Position numbers and translations under genes: made by a program
The notes under the pieces: model-generated
Seen by the model: only the letters and a program-made list of their open reading frames with translations
What the model was told of the DNA's origin: nothing
Databases searched by the model: none
From: Euryarchaeota archaeon UBA53
Lineage (GTDB): Archaea > Thermoplasmatota > Poseidoniia > Poseidoniales > Poseidoniaceae
Length of the DNA stretch: 64,000 nt
NCBI GenBank assembly: GCA_002507425.1
Contig: DAZU01000067.1
Coordinates: 2,502 to 66,501 of the forward strand
Direction of reading: 5' to 3'
In this document: positions 1 through 9,261 of the stretch, piece by piece
Numbering within the stretch: position 1 is the stretch's first letter
Layout: each line of letters begins with the position of its first letter

Positions 1-575
1 TGCAGGAAAAGCAGGTGACTATTGGAACAGTCACTCATAAATTACCAGCACCGTTCATCGTTATGGCAACACAAAACCCTGTTGAACAGGAAGGTACTTA
101 TCCACTACCTGAAGCTCAATTGGACCGTTTCATGTTCAAGATGAGTGTAGGTTATCCAGATCGTGCCGATGAAGATGAGATTCTCGCTAGACGTATCAAT
201 CGTGGAAAGGATGCAGTAGACGTCGACGTAATAACCGACCCGCAGCGTGTAATTGCAATGCAACAGGCTTGTGAAGACATTTATGTCGACCCAGCTCTGA
301 GAATGTATATGGTTGAAATTGTAACAAGAACAAGAGAGGACCCAAGAGTATTGGTCGGTTCCTCACCTCGTGGTTCTCAGGCACTTCTGAAAACCTCCCG
401 AGCAGCCGCTGCTTTACGAGGTCGTGATTTCGTTACACCGGATGACATAAAGACAGTTTCTGAACTTGCTCTAGCTCACAGAATTATTTTGAAACCAGAA
501 CACCAGATAAAAGGTTTAGAGTCGGGAGAAGTAATCCAAACAATCTTGAGAGAAGTACCTGTTCCAACAGTCTGA
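1..575 (+). CDS. MoxR-like AAA+ ATPase (AAA_3 family), C-terminal portion; 5' end lies outside the window
   Basis: ORF is open from position 3 in the same frame as 15..575. Sequence [26 protein letters not shown]...ILARRI is the sensor-1/box VII/sensor-2 region typical of MoxR ATPases. Followed directly by a DUF58 partner gene. Confidence 0.8.
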   Translation, partial: QEKQVTIGTVTHKLPAPFIVMATQNPVEQEGTYPLPEAQLDRFMFKMSVGYPDRADEDEILARRINRGKDAVDVDVITDPQRVIAMQQACEDIYVDPALRMYMVEIVTRTREDPRVLVGSSPRGSQALLKTSRAAAALRGRDFVTPDDIKTVSELALAHRIILKPEHQIKGLESGEVIQTILREVPVPTV

Positions 576-607
576 TATTTCACTCAAATTATCCAAGGTG
601 ACGTAGT

Positions 608-1921
608 ATGTGGAGTCGCAAAAGTGCAATGTTAGGGTCATTGGCCGTAGCAATGTATTTGCTAGGTTTGACACTGAGGAATTCTCAATTAGTGACCATA
701 GCAGTTGTGATTTTTGTATTCCTTACATGGGCTGCATTGTTTGGAGGACATGCTGATGTTGCTGCGAGTGGTCGCCGTGCCGAAGAATGGACTGGAGAGG
801 AGGGCATATCTTTGTCCAACGTGTCTGCTATGCGTAAGTTGTCCAGTGCGAGAATTTTTGAAGATGGTGAAGTTTCTGTAACACTAAGAATGCAGAACAA
901 TTCGGCCCTTGGCAAAATTCTAGAGGTTAAGGATCGTGTTCCCGAGGTTATGAGAATAAAGGATGGTGCGAATTATATTTTGATGGAACTGGGGCCAAGG
1001 AGAGAGACCTTCATTGAATATACTGTTGAGTGCCCACTGCGAGGATTCTATAGTTTAGGGCCTGTTGCTGTTAGGGTTCAAGATCCGTTTGGCTTATTTC
1101 ACAAGGAAAAGGAATTGCATGTCTACAATGACTTCCTGGTGTTTCCCAAGATGGAGGATTTGAAAGACACCTTTGTTAAATCTAGAGTCCCCAAGATTTT
1201 CACAGGAGCGGTTAACATTCGTCAACCGGGTCCAGGGTCCGAATTTTATTCCTTGAGAGAGTATTTCGATGGGGACTCATTTAGAGCAATAAATTGGTCA
1301 GCGTATGCTCGCAGTGGTCGCTTGATGGTAAATGAAAGGGAAAGAGATGCTGTAAGCGATATTATCTTGATTGTTGATTCAAGGGCTGTTTCTGAGACAG
1401 GCCCAGTTTCCCGAAACGCCCTAGTTTATTCTACTAGAGCGGCCGCTAGTCTAGCTAAATATTTCCTAGGGCGAAGAGACTCAGTAGGTTTGATTACCTA
1501 CGGTGATGAGGTTGTTAGCATAGATCGTGATACAGGAAAGAAGCAATTGTATGTTATTTTGACAAAGTTAGCTGGAGCAATGGCGAAAGGCAATATTCCC
1601 TTACAGGTGGTTGTAAACAGGATTCTTCCACACATAAACAAAGGAAGCCCAATTATAGTTCTCTCAAACCTAGAGGATGACCCTACGGTTGTCAATGCTC
1701 TAAGAGATTTTAGAGCTAGGGATTTCGATGTAACTGTTCTGTCGCCCTCTAGCCTTGAGTTTGAATTCGACGCTAGAAGACTAGACAGAACGGGTTATGA
1801 GGTTCTAAAAACAGAAAGAGATGTTCTCATAAGCGAATTACGAGGCTTAGGTGTCAACATTATGGATTGGGAGCCAGACATGCTATTGTCGACCGCGCTT
1901 GCCGGAGCAAGAGGATTCTAG
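608..1921 (+). CDS. DUF58-family protein (MoxR-associated, vWA-like fold)
   Basis: 437 aa. Region ELHVYNDFLVFPK...FTGAVNIRQPGPGSEFYSLREYFDGDSFRAINWSAYARSGRLMVNERERD matches the DUF58 signature. Canonical position immediately after the MoxR ATPase. Confidence 0.75.
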   Translation: MWSRKSAMLGSLAVAMYLLGLTLRNSQLVTIAVVIFVFLTWAALFGGHADVAASGRRAEEWTGEEGISLSNVSAMRKLSSARIFEDGEVSVTLRMQNNSALGKILEVKDRVPEVMRIKDGANYILMELGPRRETFIEYTVECPLRGFYSLGPVAVRVQDPFGLFHKEKELHVYNDFLVFPKMEDLKDTFVKSRVPKIFTGAVNIRQPGPGSEFYSLREYFDGDSFRAINWSAYARSGRLMVNERERDAVSDIILIVDSRAVSETGPVSRNALVYSTRAAASLAKYFLGRRDSVGLITYGDEVVSIDRDTGKKQLYVILTKLAGAMAKGNIPLQVVVNRILPHINKGSPIIVLSNLEDDPTVVNALRDFRARDFDVTVLSPSSLEFEFDARRLDRTGYEVLKTERDVLISELRGLGVNIMDWEPDMLLSTALAGARGF

Positions 1922-1932
1922 AGGTTTTTACT

Positions 1933-2847
1933 ATGGCAAATAAATCCGGAGATACATCACATCTATACGATGGCAAAACAGTGCGCTCATCTGCACCCTC
2001 AAGAAAAAAATTAGCCGGTAAAATGTCCGGTGGTTCAGAAATTCCTAAAGACGCAATCCCTGGTGTGGAAATACCTTCATTTGTTGAAAGTTTACTAGGG
2101 GGGCCCCTTGTTCCAAAAATGAAATTCTTACCAGCAGATAAAATGGTCCAGAATCTACAACTTGGATGCTATGGTGTATTAATCGCTCTAGGTATCCTAA
2201 CTTACATCGTAACACCTGCTGTTGGAACCCTATGGTATGCAATAACGGGTTCAATTGGAATTGCAAATATATTGCAACTAATCGTAGTAGTTGGGGCTAT
2301 TGGAACTGGATTTTGGGGAACGATGAGTAGAGATGCTAGATATCTGTTAATATCTTATGTTCTGTTCATACTATCAGTAATGAGATTTGCATCATCAAAG
2401 GTCTCACTTTCACAAGATATATTCGGTCTAGGTGACAGCGATTTCTTGCTAACTATCCTTGTGGTTACCTATGCAGTTTTACTTGTGATGTATTTCGAAT
2501 TGTCCAACGGTGTTCTTAGATTCAGTATGTTAGATACCTCGATAAGAACTAGAGAAGTGTATGTAATGAACGTTAAGAAAATCATTGGAAAATACCATCG
2601 TTCACTGATAATTAATCCAATTATCGCCGGAGCTTTGGCCATGTTAGTATTATCTGTAAACACTATTTTACCTGCGATTGTGTCCCTATTCTCAGAGCAA
2701 ATAGCACTCAGAATGGAAGAGTCGGTTGAATTAATATCAGTTTATGGAGTAGCGCTTGGAACACTGTTTGTATTCTTAGTAGTCGGGGGATTATTCGCTT
2801 TAGATTTACCAACTCATTTGCAGTCTTGGAGAGAGAATAAAGAATGA
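1933..2847 (+). CDS. polytopic membrane protein of unknown function
   Basis: ATG at 1933 (MANKSGD...), preferred over 1867 which would overlap the DUF58 gene by 55 nt. Multiple hydrophobic helices. Third gene of the MoxR-DUF58 cluster. Confidence 0.4.
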   Translation: MANKSGDTSHLYDGKTVRSSAPSRKKLAGKMSGGSEIPKDAIPGVEIPSFVESLLGGPLVPKMKFLPADKMVQNLQLGCYGVLIALGILTYIVTPAVGTLWYAITGSIGIANILQLIVVVGAIGTGFWGTMSRDARYLLISYVLFILSVMRFASSKVSLSQDIFGLGDSDFLLTILVVTYAVLLVMYFELSNGVLRFSMLDTSIRTREVYVMNVKKIIGKYHRSLIINPIIAGALAMLVLSVNTILPAIVSLFSEQIALRMEESVELISVYGVALGTLFVFLVVGGLFALDLPTHLQSWRENKE

Positions 2848-4061
2848 TACAAATTTCTTATCTCTTGAGATAAGTTTTCACATTCTATGATTATTCGAGT
2901 GGCGAATTCATTTTTTGATACAATTTCATACTCGCTGGGTACTTTGCAATCTCCTATAATCGATACTATTGCAGTTTTGAATTCAGTTTTCCCCTGAACA
3001 TATTCTTCGAGTCTATCAAAATCAAAGGTAGGTATTACTAATTTCATACTCTCAGGAGTAGATTTCATCAACCATGGCGTGATTTCGTATTCTTCAATTT
3101 TTGACAACAGCAAACTGCTAAGTGGTTTATCATCTGAAATCACTGCTACGCCCGGGTGGCACCCTATTGCAATGACTCCTTTGTTGATTAAGTCAGGCCC
3201 TATTATAGTAGGTGGTTCTGAGGTTGGATTGTGGAAATTTCTGACCTCCACCGGTATTCCCAATTCAGTTATTGGTGAAACGGTTGCTCTGTGAATTATT
3301 GGAGTCCCATGCATTGATAATTCGTATGCTTGTTCATAGCCTAGATAAGGTATACTTGGAGTATCTAAGCCCCAACGTGGATTTAACCTCTTTATGCCAT
3401 CAACGTCTTTCCATAATATCAGTTTTCTAGCATCGAGAAGGTTTGCGAAGGCTGCTGCTGAGTGATCTGATCCACCTCTGGATAAGACTGCAATATTTCC
3501 ATCCTCTCCCTCTCCAAACCATCCAGTTAATATTGGAATTCCAGTAAGTTTCTCCCTATCCAAATATTTTGAAGACATATCTATGTCAATTTCTGTTGCA
3601 CCAGTTCTGCCTTTTAATTTCAAACCAATGTCTTCTGCTCCAATCGGATGGGCTTCATCGACACCAGTATCTCTTAATTTGTGAGCTATTGCGAGCGCAC
3701 TCAACCTTTCTCCTGCGGCAAGAATTAGGTTTTTGCAATTTGAAGAAGCTTCACCGGAGGTATACTCCAAGAGGTTATTCTCAATACCAGAAATTACTTT
3801 TTCGAATAAATACCCGAATGGTCCCAGATCTAAACCCGGTGCGAATATAAGATGTTGAGATCTCAAATCTTGCACTAATCTACCTGCATACGTTGGATCG
3901 TTTTCTGCACGTATTAGCCTGTCTGTCATTCCCCAAAGGGCTGAAACTACTATTACTGGTCTATCACTACTTTGTTTAATAATCTCAGCAATTCGTTCAA
4001 TATCCTCTTTTTCTCTGAGGCATGAGCCACCGAATTTGTGAACAGTTATGTCAACCATCAA
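2814..4061 (-). CDS. aspartate kinase (monofunctional, with C-terminal ACT-like region)
   Basis: N-terminal VHKFGGSCL (KFGGSS aspartokinase motif). Central SRGGSDHSAAAFANLLDARKLILWKDVDGI matches the LGRGGSDYTAALLA...DIWTDVPGIY catalytic core of LysC. 415 aa. Its start overlaps the aroC stop by 11 nt, indicating an operon. Confidence 0.7.
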   Translation of the reverse strand: MMVDITVHKFGGSCLREKEDIERIAEIIKQSSDRPVIVVSALWGMTDRLIRAENDPTYAGRLVQDLRSQHLIFAPGLDLGPFGYLFEKVISGIENNLLEYTSGEASSNCKNLILAAGERLSALAIAHKLRDTGVDEAHPIGAEDIGLKLKGRTGATEIDIDMSSKYLDREKLTGIPILTGWFGEGEDGNIAVLSRGGSDHSAAAFANLLDARKLILWKDVDGIKRLNPRWGLDTPSIPYLGYEQAYELSMHGTPIIHRATVSPITELGIPVEVRNFHNPTSEPPTIIGPDLINKGVIAIGCHPGVAVISDDKPLSSLLLSKIEEYEITPWLMKSTPESMKLVIPTFDFDRLEEYVQGKTEFKTAIVSIIGDCKVPSEYEIVSKNEFATRIIIECENLSQEIRNLYHSLFSLQDCK

Positions 4062-5040
4062 TGTAACCTCCTTGAATTCCCAAATCCAGAATGACTAATC
4101 TTGCAACAGCTTCTACAACTGGTCTGGCTCTTGGAGCAATGACGGGGTCGTGTCTACCCTCAATTGCAAGTTCTTCCATCAGCCCAGTAACCTGATTGAA
4201 TGTTTCTTGAGGTAATGAAATTCCGCTAGGTGGCTTGAAGGTGATTCTAACGCTTATCGGAGCGCCGCTCGCCATTCCGCCTAGAGCACCATCTGCTCCC
4301 TCAGAAAGAGACATATCCTTTCCCCAAACATCGTTATGCTCACTGCCTCGCATAAATCCTGCATCTACCCCTCTGCCAAATTCAACAGCTCGAGCAGCTG
4401 GTATTGCCATTAGCGCTCTTGATAACACAGGTTCTATACCATCAAACCAAGGTTCTCCCAGTCCTACTGGGAGCCCAGAGATTACCAAATCAACTCGACT
4501 TCCGAGAGAGTCGCCTGCCTTGCGTGCCTTCTCTGCAAGGGCTATCCCTTCTTCTCCCTCAAGACCACCAAGGGCCCCCACTGTCGCCTCAATCTTCCAG
4601 TCTTCCGGAATTGCAACCCTTGAAATTGACGATGCAGCTACTAATCCTGCGGTTAGTCTTGCGGAGAATGACCCGCCTCCTCTAAGGTCGGCAGCCCCGT
4701 CACTTTTGACGCTGATGGGATGGTCAACATGACCAGGTCTTGGTTGATATGGGAGGAATGAATAATCCTTTGACCTTACATCTTTATTTCGAATTAGTAA
4801 AAGAATAGGCATACCTGTCGTTTTGCCGTTGTGGACCCCGGATAATATCTCAACTTCATCGGTTTCCTTCCTTTTACTTGCTAAACCAGAGCCAGGTCTT
4901 CTCGAAATCATATCATTCATTAATTGATCAACGTTCAACTCGGTATTTGCTGGCATACCTTCAATCAATGCGCCAACTGCTAAGCCATGGGACTCTCCAA
5001 AAAGAGTCACAACTACGTTCTCGCCCAAGCTCATTCTCAT
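4051..5040 (-). CDS. aroC: chorismate synthase
   Basis: N-terminal LGENVVVTLFGESHGLAVGALIEGMPAN carries the GESHG chorismate synthase signature. 329 aa. Confidence 0.85.
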   Translation of the reverse strand: MRMSLGENVVVTLFGESHGLAVGALIEGMPANTELNVDQLMNDMISRRPGSGLASKRKETDEVEILSGVHNGKTTGMPILLLIRNKDVRSKDYSFLPYQPRPGHVDHPISVKSDGAADLRGGGSFSARLTAGLVAASSISRVAIPEDWKIEATVGALGGLEGEEGIALAEKARKAGDSLGSRVDLVISGLPVGLGEPWFDGIEPVLSRALMAIPAARAVEFGRGVDAGFMRGSEHNDVWGKDMSLSEGADGALGGMASGAPISVRITFKPPSGISLPQETFNQVTGLMEELAIEGRHDPVIAPRARPVVEAVARLVILDLGIQGGYIDG

Positions 5041-5087
5041 ATGAACCGTAATACTTCACTAGGTACCTATTCAAGAATGTGTGGTTT

Positions 5088-5966
5088 CTATTGTTCATAC
5101 ACAATTTCCTTGTTAAGAACCGATGTTTCCATTATCTCGACATCATCATAACGATTATACCAATTTTTTAATCTCTCAATTGTGGGCTTACTAACACTTG
5201 GTAAAAATATCACGAGGGCAGGACCAGAGCCAGTAATTCCTGCTGCTCTAGCACCATTTACAAATGCGTCATTTGTCATTCTTCTCCCCATCGGGTCATT
5301 AAGGGCGCTAACAACTGCCCTTCCATTGAGTGTTAATGCAACTAAATCTTTTCCTTCTTGTAGTGCAGTTAAGGCTTGAGCGAAGGATTGTTGTTGAAAA
5401 GAAAAACTCTCCAAGGATGGTTTTTCAACCCTATCTCCACGAAGTAGAATTAACACTGTCCAGTCTACTGAATTAGGCCCAGGCGCTTCCAACAAAAGTC
5501 CTTGCTCAGCATTCTCAGCATTAACATCGACAAGTTTCCAACCACCTTCGATTGCAGCCCATGAATCATCAAAACTCCCGGTAATTGAAACTCCCGCTGC
5601 TATTTGCGCAGCAGCAGCTATGTCGACAATTTCTCCGTCGGCAAGATTTGTGTCAGTAGCATCACATAGTGCTCTGATTGCAGCTACCGAAATTGCTGAA
5701 CTGGACTTCAGACCCTGCCTTGGCGGGATTTTAGATGCAACCGACCAAAAAAACTCTCCGTTTGGTAAACTATGACCCGCACTTTTCCATGAATCCAAAA
5801 CCTTAGTGAGTAAATCATCGGGGTCATCTAAGTCTTTTCTTGGTTTCTTATCAAGAAGTTTCACTTTTGCTTGTAGATCCAATGCTAAAGAAGCTCCATA
5901 GCCCAATCCTGCCGCATGAAGAAGGCTACATGCTCCATTCGCAGACCCACTCCCAATTACGGCCAA
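5088..5966 (-). CDS. aroK: shikimate kinase, archaeal GHMP-kinase type
   Basis: Clear similarity to the M. jannaschii GHMP-type shikimate kinase pattern: ALDLQAKVKLLD, LKSSSAISVAAIRA, ITGSFDDSWAAIEGG, AGITGSGPALVIFL. 292 aa. Confidence 0.8.
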   Translation of the reverse strand: MAVIGSGSANGACSLLHAAGLGYGASLALDLQAKVKLLDKKPRKDLDDPDDLLTKVLDSWKSAGHSLPNGEFFWSVASKIPPRQGLKSSSAISVAAIRALCDATDTNLADGEIVDIAAAAQIAAGVSITGSFDDSWAAIEGGWKLVDVNAENAEQGLLLEAPGPNSVDWTVLILLRGDRVEKPSLESFSFQQQSFAQALTALQEGKDLVALTLNGRAVVSALNDPMGRRMTNDAFVNGARAAGITGSGPALVIFLPSVSKPTIERLKNWYNRYDDVEIMETSVLNKEIVYEQ

Positions 5967-5974
5967 ACAATCAC

Positions 5975-6949
5975 CTATTTTTCTTCAACTTCTGCATTTA
6001 TTGGAATCCCAATGTGCCTTCCTGCTCCACCCACATATCCTAGTAATTTCATTCCGGCCTCCAAATGTGTTACCGATATGAGTTCCTTGGAAATGTCCAC
6101 TAGTCTAACAGTCTCCGCTTGCTGCAGGAAGAGACCTGATTGATTATTGTTTTCATCTTTCCATTCTATATGCAAAAATGGCCTTTTTTCAATCTTAACA
6201 CGACCTATTTTCATGGGTCGTTGTGTTGTATCTCTCGATATGACTTTTACCTCATCCCCCATTTTCAATTCAGAAAGGTAGCGAGTGGTTCCATCGGCCA
6301 TTAGCGTATACGAATGAACTGCCCCAGCATTAACTCTAAATGGCCTAACTGGAACGAATTCAGACTCAACAGTTTCTCCGTGAACTAGAGCTAGAGCGGA
6401 AGAACTCGACCCAACTAACATACCCTCGCCGTTTTGTAATAAGCCAGTAAAATCAACACAAACTCTGTCCCCAACACCACCTTCTTTTACTGAGGTAACC
6501 TCAAGGATGTTTAGGCTGAAATCACTTGATTCACTGACATACTGAATGCTTTTCTTTGATTCTAATTTCTGAGCCTTGACAATTAAAGCATTTTCAAGAA
6601 CAGATTCTGTGACAAGAAGAGCATCAACTCCTATTTCTAGAGCAAAAGCAGCTCCTAACAATTGTTCAGAGCTAGATATTCGTGCTGCAACCCTCGTTGG
6701 GGTTCCGTCACATGCAGCGATTATATTTTCAATCGGAATCATCTTCCAATCACCTAAATCTAGTAAAATCCACTCAATGCTTCCAGCCATTGATCTTGCG
6801 GTCGACTGGCCTTCAGAATCGCTTACATCTACTCTTCTTCCAACTATTTTGTCCTTGATGTAAATAGCGTTACCATCGATGAGCAAATCTTCACCGTTAA
6901 CCAAATCAACGCCATTCAACCTCTGACCAGAATCTAACCAAATTTGCAT
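5975..6949 (-). CDS. 3-dehydroquinate synthase II (archaeal, aroB')
   Basis: 324 aa. The blocks MQIWLDSGQRLNGVDLVNGEDLLIDGNAIYIKDKIVGRRVDVSDSEGQSTARSMAGSIEWILLDLGDWKMIPIENIIAACDGTPTRVAARISSSEQLLGAAFALEIGVDALLVT match the conserved blocks of archaeal DHQ synthase II. Sits between ADH synthase and shikimate kinase. Confidence 0.7.
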   Translation of the reverse strand: MQIWLDSGQRLNGVDLVNGEDLLIDGNAIYIKDKIVGRRVDVSDSEGQSTARSMAGSIEWILLDLGDWKMIPIENIIAACDGTPTRVAARISSSEQLLGAAFALEIGVDALLVTESVLENALIVKAQKLESKKSIQYVSESSDFSLNILEVTSVKEGGVGDRVCVDFTGLLQNGEGMLVGSSSSALALVHGETVESEFVPVRPFRVNAGAVHSYTLMADGTTRYLSELKMGDEVKVISRDTTQRPMKIGRVKIEKRPFLHIEWKDENNNQSGLFLQQAETVRLVDISKELISVTHLEAGMKLLGYVGGAGRHIGIPINAEVEEK

Positions 6950-6953
6950 AAAT

Positions 6954-7724
6954 TCACAGTCCTAATTCATTCATTGCTTCATCTACACTTGACCCGGTAT
7001 GAACAATCATCCGGAGGGCCTTGACCAGCTTCTCAGGACTTTTATGAGAAAATACTTGTCTTCCCATACAAACACCAGAACCTCCCGCTTGAATGGAATC
7101 ATGGACAATTGACAAAATCTCTCTATCACTAGAACCGGAGGGGCCACCTGCGATTAGAACAGGAATTGGTACAGATTCAGTAACTTTTCTAAAGGATTCT
7201 ATGGAGCCAGTCCATGTTGTCTTCACAACGTTACATCCAATTTCAAAAGCAAGCCTTGCAGCATGTGCAGCACCAAATGTATCGTCATTATCCATAATGT
7301 CGAGATTCTCACCTCTTGGATATATCATTCCAAGCACAGGTACTTCCAAATCATATGCCTGGCCAGTCACCGAACCTAGTCTTTCAATCATTTCGGGTTC
7401 TGCATAACTTCCCATATTTACTTGAACACTTACTCCTTTTGCCCCTCTTGCTTTGGCTTCCCTTACCGTTCCAACAAGCCTTTTGTCACTGCTCCTTGTC
7501 CCAGCATGACGTGTAGATGCTGACAGGTGTGCAATCATGTTTACTTTTTTATCGTTGTAATGAGATAATATCCCTTTGTGCACTACAATCGCGTCAGCTT
7601 CGGAAATTTTATCGATAATTTTGTCAAGATTTTCAAGGCCTTCAACTGGATAGTCTGAAACTGCGTGATCGATCGGTATCCAAACACCTTTTCCGGCAGG
7701 CAGTATTGCGTCAACGCCCCTCAT
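6954..7724 (-). CDS. 2-amino-3,7-dideoxy-D-threo-hept-6-ulosonate (ADH) synthase, class I aldolase family (aroA')
   Basis: 256 aa. MIYPRG, AHAARLAFEIGCNVVKTTWTG and AGGPS blocks match the MJ0400-type ADH synthase / DhnA-class aldolase. Context with DHQS II supports the ADH synthase call over FBP aldolase. Confidence 0.75.
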   Translation of the reverse strand: MRGVDAILPAGKGVWIPIDHAVSDYPVEGLENLDKIIDKISEADAIVVHKGILSHYNDKKVNMIAHLSASTRHAGTRSSDKRLVGTVREAKARGAKGVSVQVNMGSYAEPEMIERLGSVTGQAYDLEVPVLGMIYPRGENLDIMDNDDTFGAAHAARLAFEIGCNVVKTTWTGSIESFRKVTESVPIPVLIAGGPSGSSDREILSIVHDSIQAGGSGVCMGRQVFSHKSPEKLVKALRMIVHTGSSVDEAMNELGL

Positions 7725-7759
7725 GGACAGGCCTAGGGGTGATTAATTAGAAAGTATTC

Positions 7760-8449
7760 CTACTTCGACTGATGGACTTTAACAACCCATTCCATTAGTG
7801 ATGCTTCTGCTTTCGCTAAGTGCTCTTGAAGGGTTGATCTTGGTATATTAGAAAGTTCAGAGAGTTCTTTTTTTGTAATTTTTCTTGGATTTTGATAAAA
7901 TCCTGATTGCACTGCAATTACTGCTATCTCAAGTTGTTTTGGAGTAAGAATTTTCAATACACTATCTTCCATTTCTTCGACATCGACCACCTTGACACTG
8001 TCAGGAGGGAATATACTTCTAGCAGCCTTCAGGAAGCCACTCACACCCTCTGGAAGTCCTCTGATTGTTATCTGTACTCCATTGTCATCTATCAAATAAG
8101 GTGGAATCACGTGAAGACTGTCAAAGTTAATCGCAGCAACGGAAAGGGGATGTCTATTCCAAACGACGATATAACCCTCTTCTCCATGCTGAGGCATCGG
8201 GTATGGATTCAAAGGTCCTTCTACCTCTAAATATGGAATTTCGTTGAGCTCTTGTGAACTATTTGCAGTTCGAAATTTAATCTTAACAAGTTGTCTTACC
8301 CCTTCCTTGGTGACTTCTAAGTGTGCAACTACCTCAAATAATGATGTTACTTGAGTAATCTCAGATATATCTGATGAATCGACTGAATCAGGACTCCACT
8401 TGAGTTGAACTTCTCGCACGGTATATTGTGGTAAAACCTCGTTTATCAA
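7760..8449 (-). CDS. transcriptional regulator with C-terminal HTH_10 (bacterio-opsin-activator type) DNA-binding domain
   Basis: C-terminus LTPKQLEIAVIAVQSGFYQNPRKITKKELSELSNIPRSTLQEHLAKAEASLMEWV is the HTH_10 pattern. Divergent from the ABC transporter genes across a 57-bp promoter region. Confidence 0.6.
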   Translation of the reverse strand: MINEVLPQYTVREVQLKWSPDSVDSSDISEITQVTSLFEVVAHLEVTKEGVRQLVKIKFRTANSSQELNEIPYLEVEGPLNPYPMPQHGEEGYIVVWNRHPLSVAAINFDSLHVIPPYLIDDNGVQITIRGLPEGVSGFLKAARSIFPPDSVKVVDVEEMEDSVLKILTPKQLEIAVIAVQSGFYQNPRKITKKELSELSNIPRSTLQEHLAKAEASLMEWVVKVHQSK

Positions 8450-8506
8450 TAATGGCCTTCTATTAACAAGTAAATTATACTCAATTAACTTGGGGTAGGT
8501 ATTAAC

Positions 8507-9190
8507 ATGTCAATGATTGAGATGAAGGGGATAAAAAGGCATTATGATATGGCCTCGGGAGTCGTGAAGGCATTGGATGGGGTTGATATTTCCATTGAGG
8601 AAGGTGAAAGAGTTCTTCTTCTTGGTCCCTCAGGATCCGGAAAAACCACATTACTAAATTGCCTATCAGGCCTAGATAGTCCTACCTCAGGAATTTACAC
8701 ATTCAATGGTCAAGAAGTTCCGAGAAACCACTCAGAAAAAATGACGGCATTTAGGAGAGAAAACATAGGCTATGTATTCCAATTTTTCAATCTTTTACAG
8801 GACCTTACAGTCCTAGAAAACATATTGTTAATCCAAGAATTGTCGGGAAAAAAAGATGAAAAAAGGGCTCGAGAATTATTAGATTTAGTTGGCCTCAGTG
8901 CTGAAATCGATCGATTTCCAGGCGAAATAAGTGGTGGTCAACAACAAAGAGTTGCTATTGCAAGGAGTATTGCAAAGAAGCCTAGTTTGCTACTTGGAGA
9001 TGAGTTGACGGGGAATTTAGACACGGAAACATCAACAAAGGTAATGGAGGCGTTGGTAAATGCGTGTGATCAAGAAAAGATAACTTCTGTATTTGTGACT
9101 CATGATGAAAGTCTCGTAAAGTATTCCACTAGAGTTATCAGAGTCGATAGCGGCAAGGTTATTTCTGATTCTAAGGATGAGGTCTCTTGA
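8507..9190 (+). CDS. ABC transporter ATP-binding protein (MacB/LolD-like)
   Basis: Walker A GPSGSGKTT, Q-loop, ABC signature LSGGQQQRVAIAR and Walker B LLLGDE. 227 aa. Confidence 0.9.
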   Translation: MSMIEMKGIKRHYDMASGVVKALDGVDISIEEGERVLLLGPSGSGKTTLLNCLSGLDSPTSGIYTFNGQEVPRNHSEKMTAFRRENIGYVFQFFNLLQDLTVLENILLIQELSGKKDEKRARELLDLVGLSAEIDRFPGEISGGQQQRVAIARSIAKKPSLLLGDELTGNLDTETSTKVMEALVNACDQEKITSVFVTHDESLVKYSTRVIRVDSGKVISDSKDEVS

Positions 9191-9261
9191 TAATTGTTTA
9201 TCATGGAATACAGAACTGGATATAAGTGATTTAATTGTCTAAACTTCTCAATATTAGATTA

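Noticed and set aside
4235-4732. 165-aa and 93-aa + strand ORFs inside aroC
   Set aside because: Antisense shadow ORFs within a well-supported chorismate synthase gene. Pro/Ser-rich artefactual translation.
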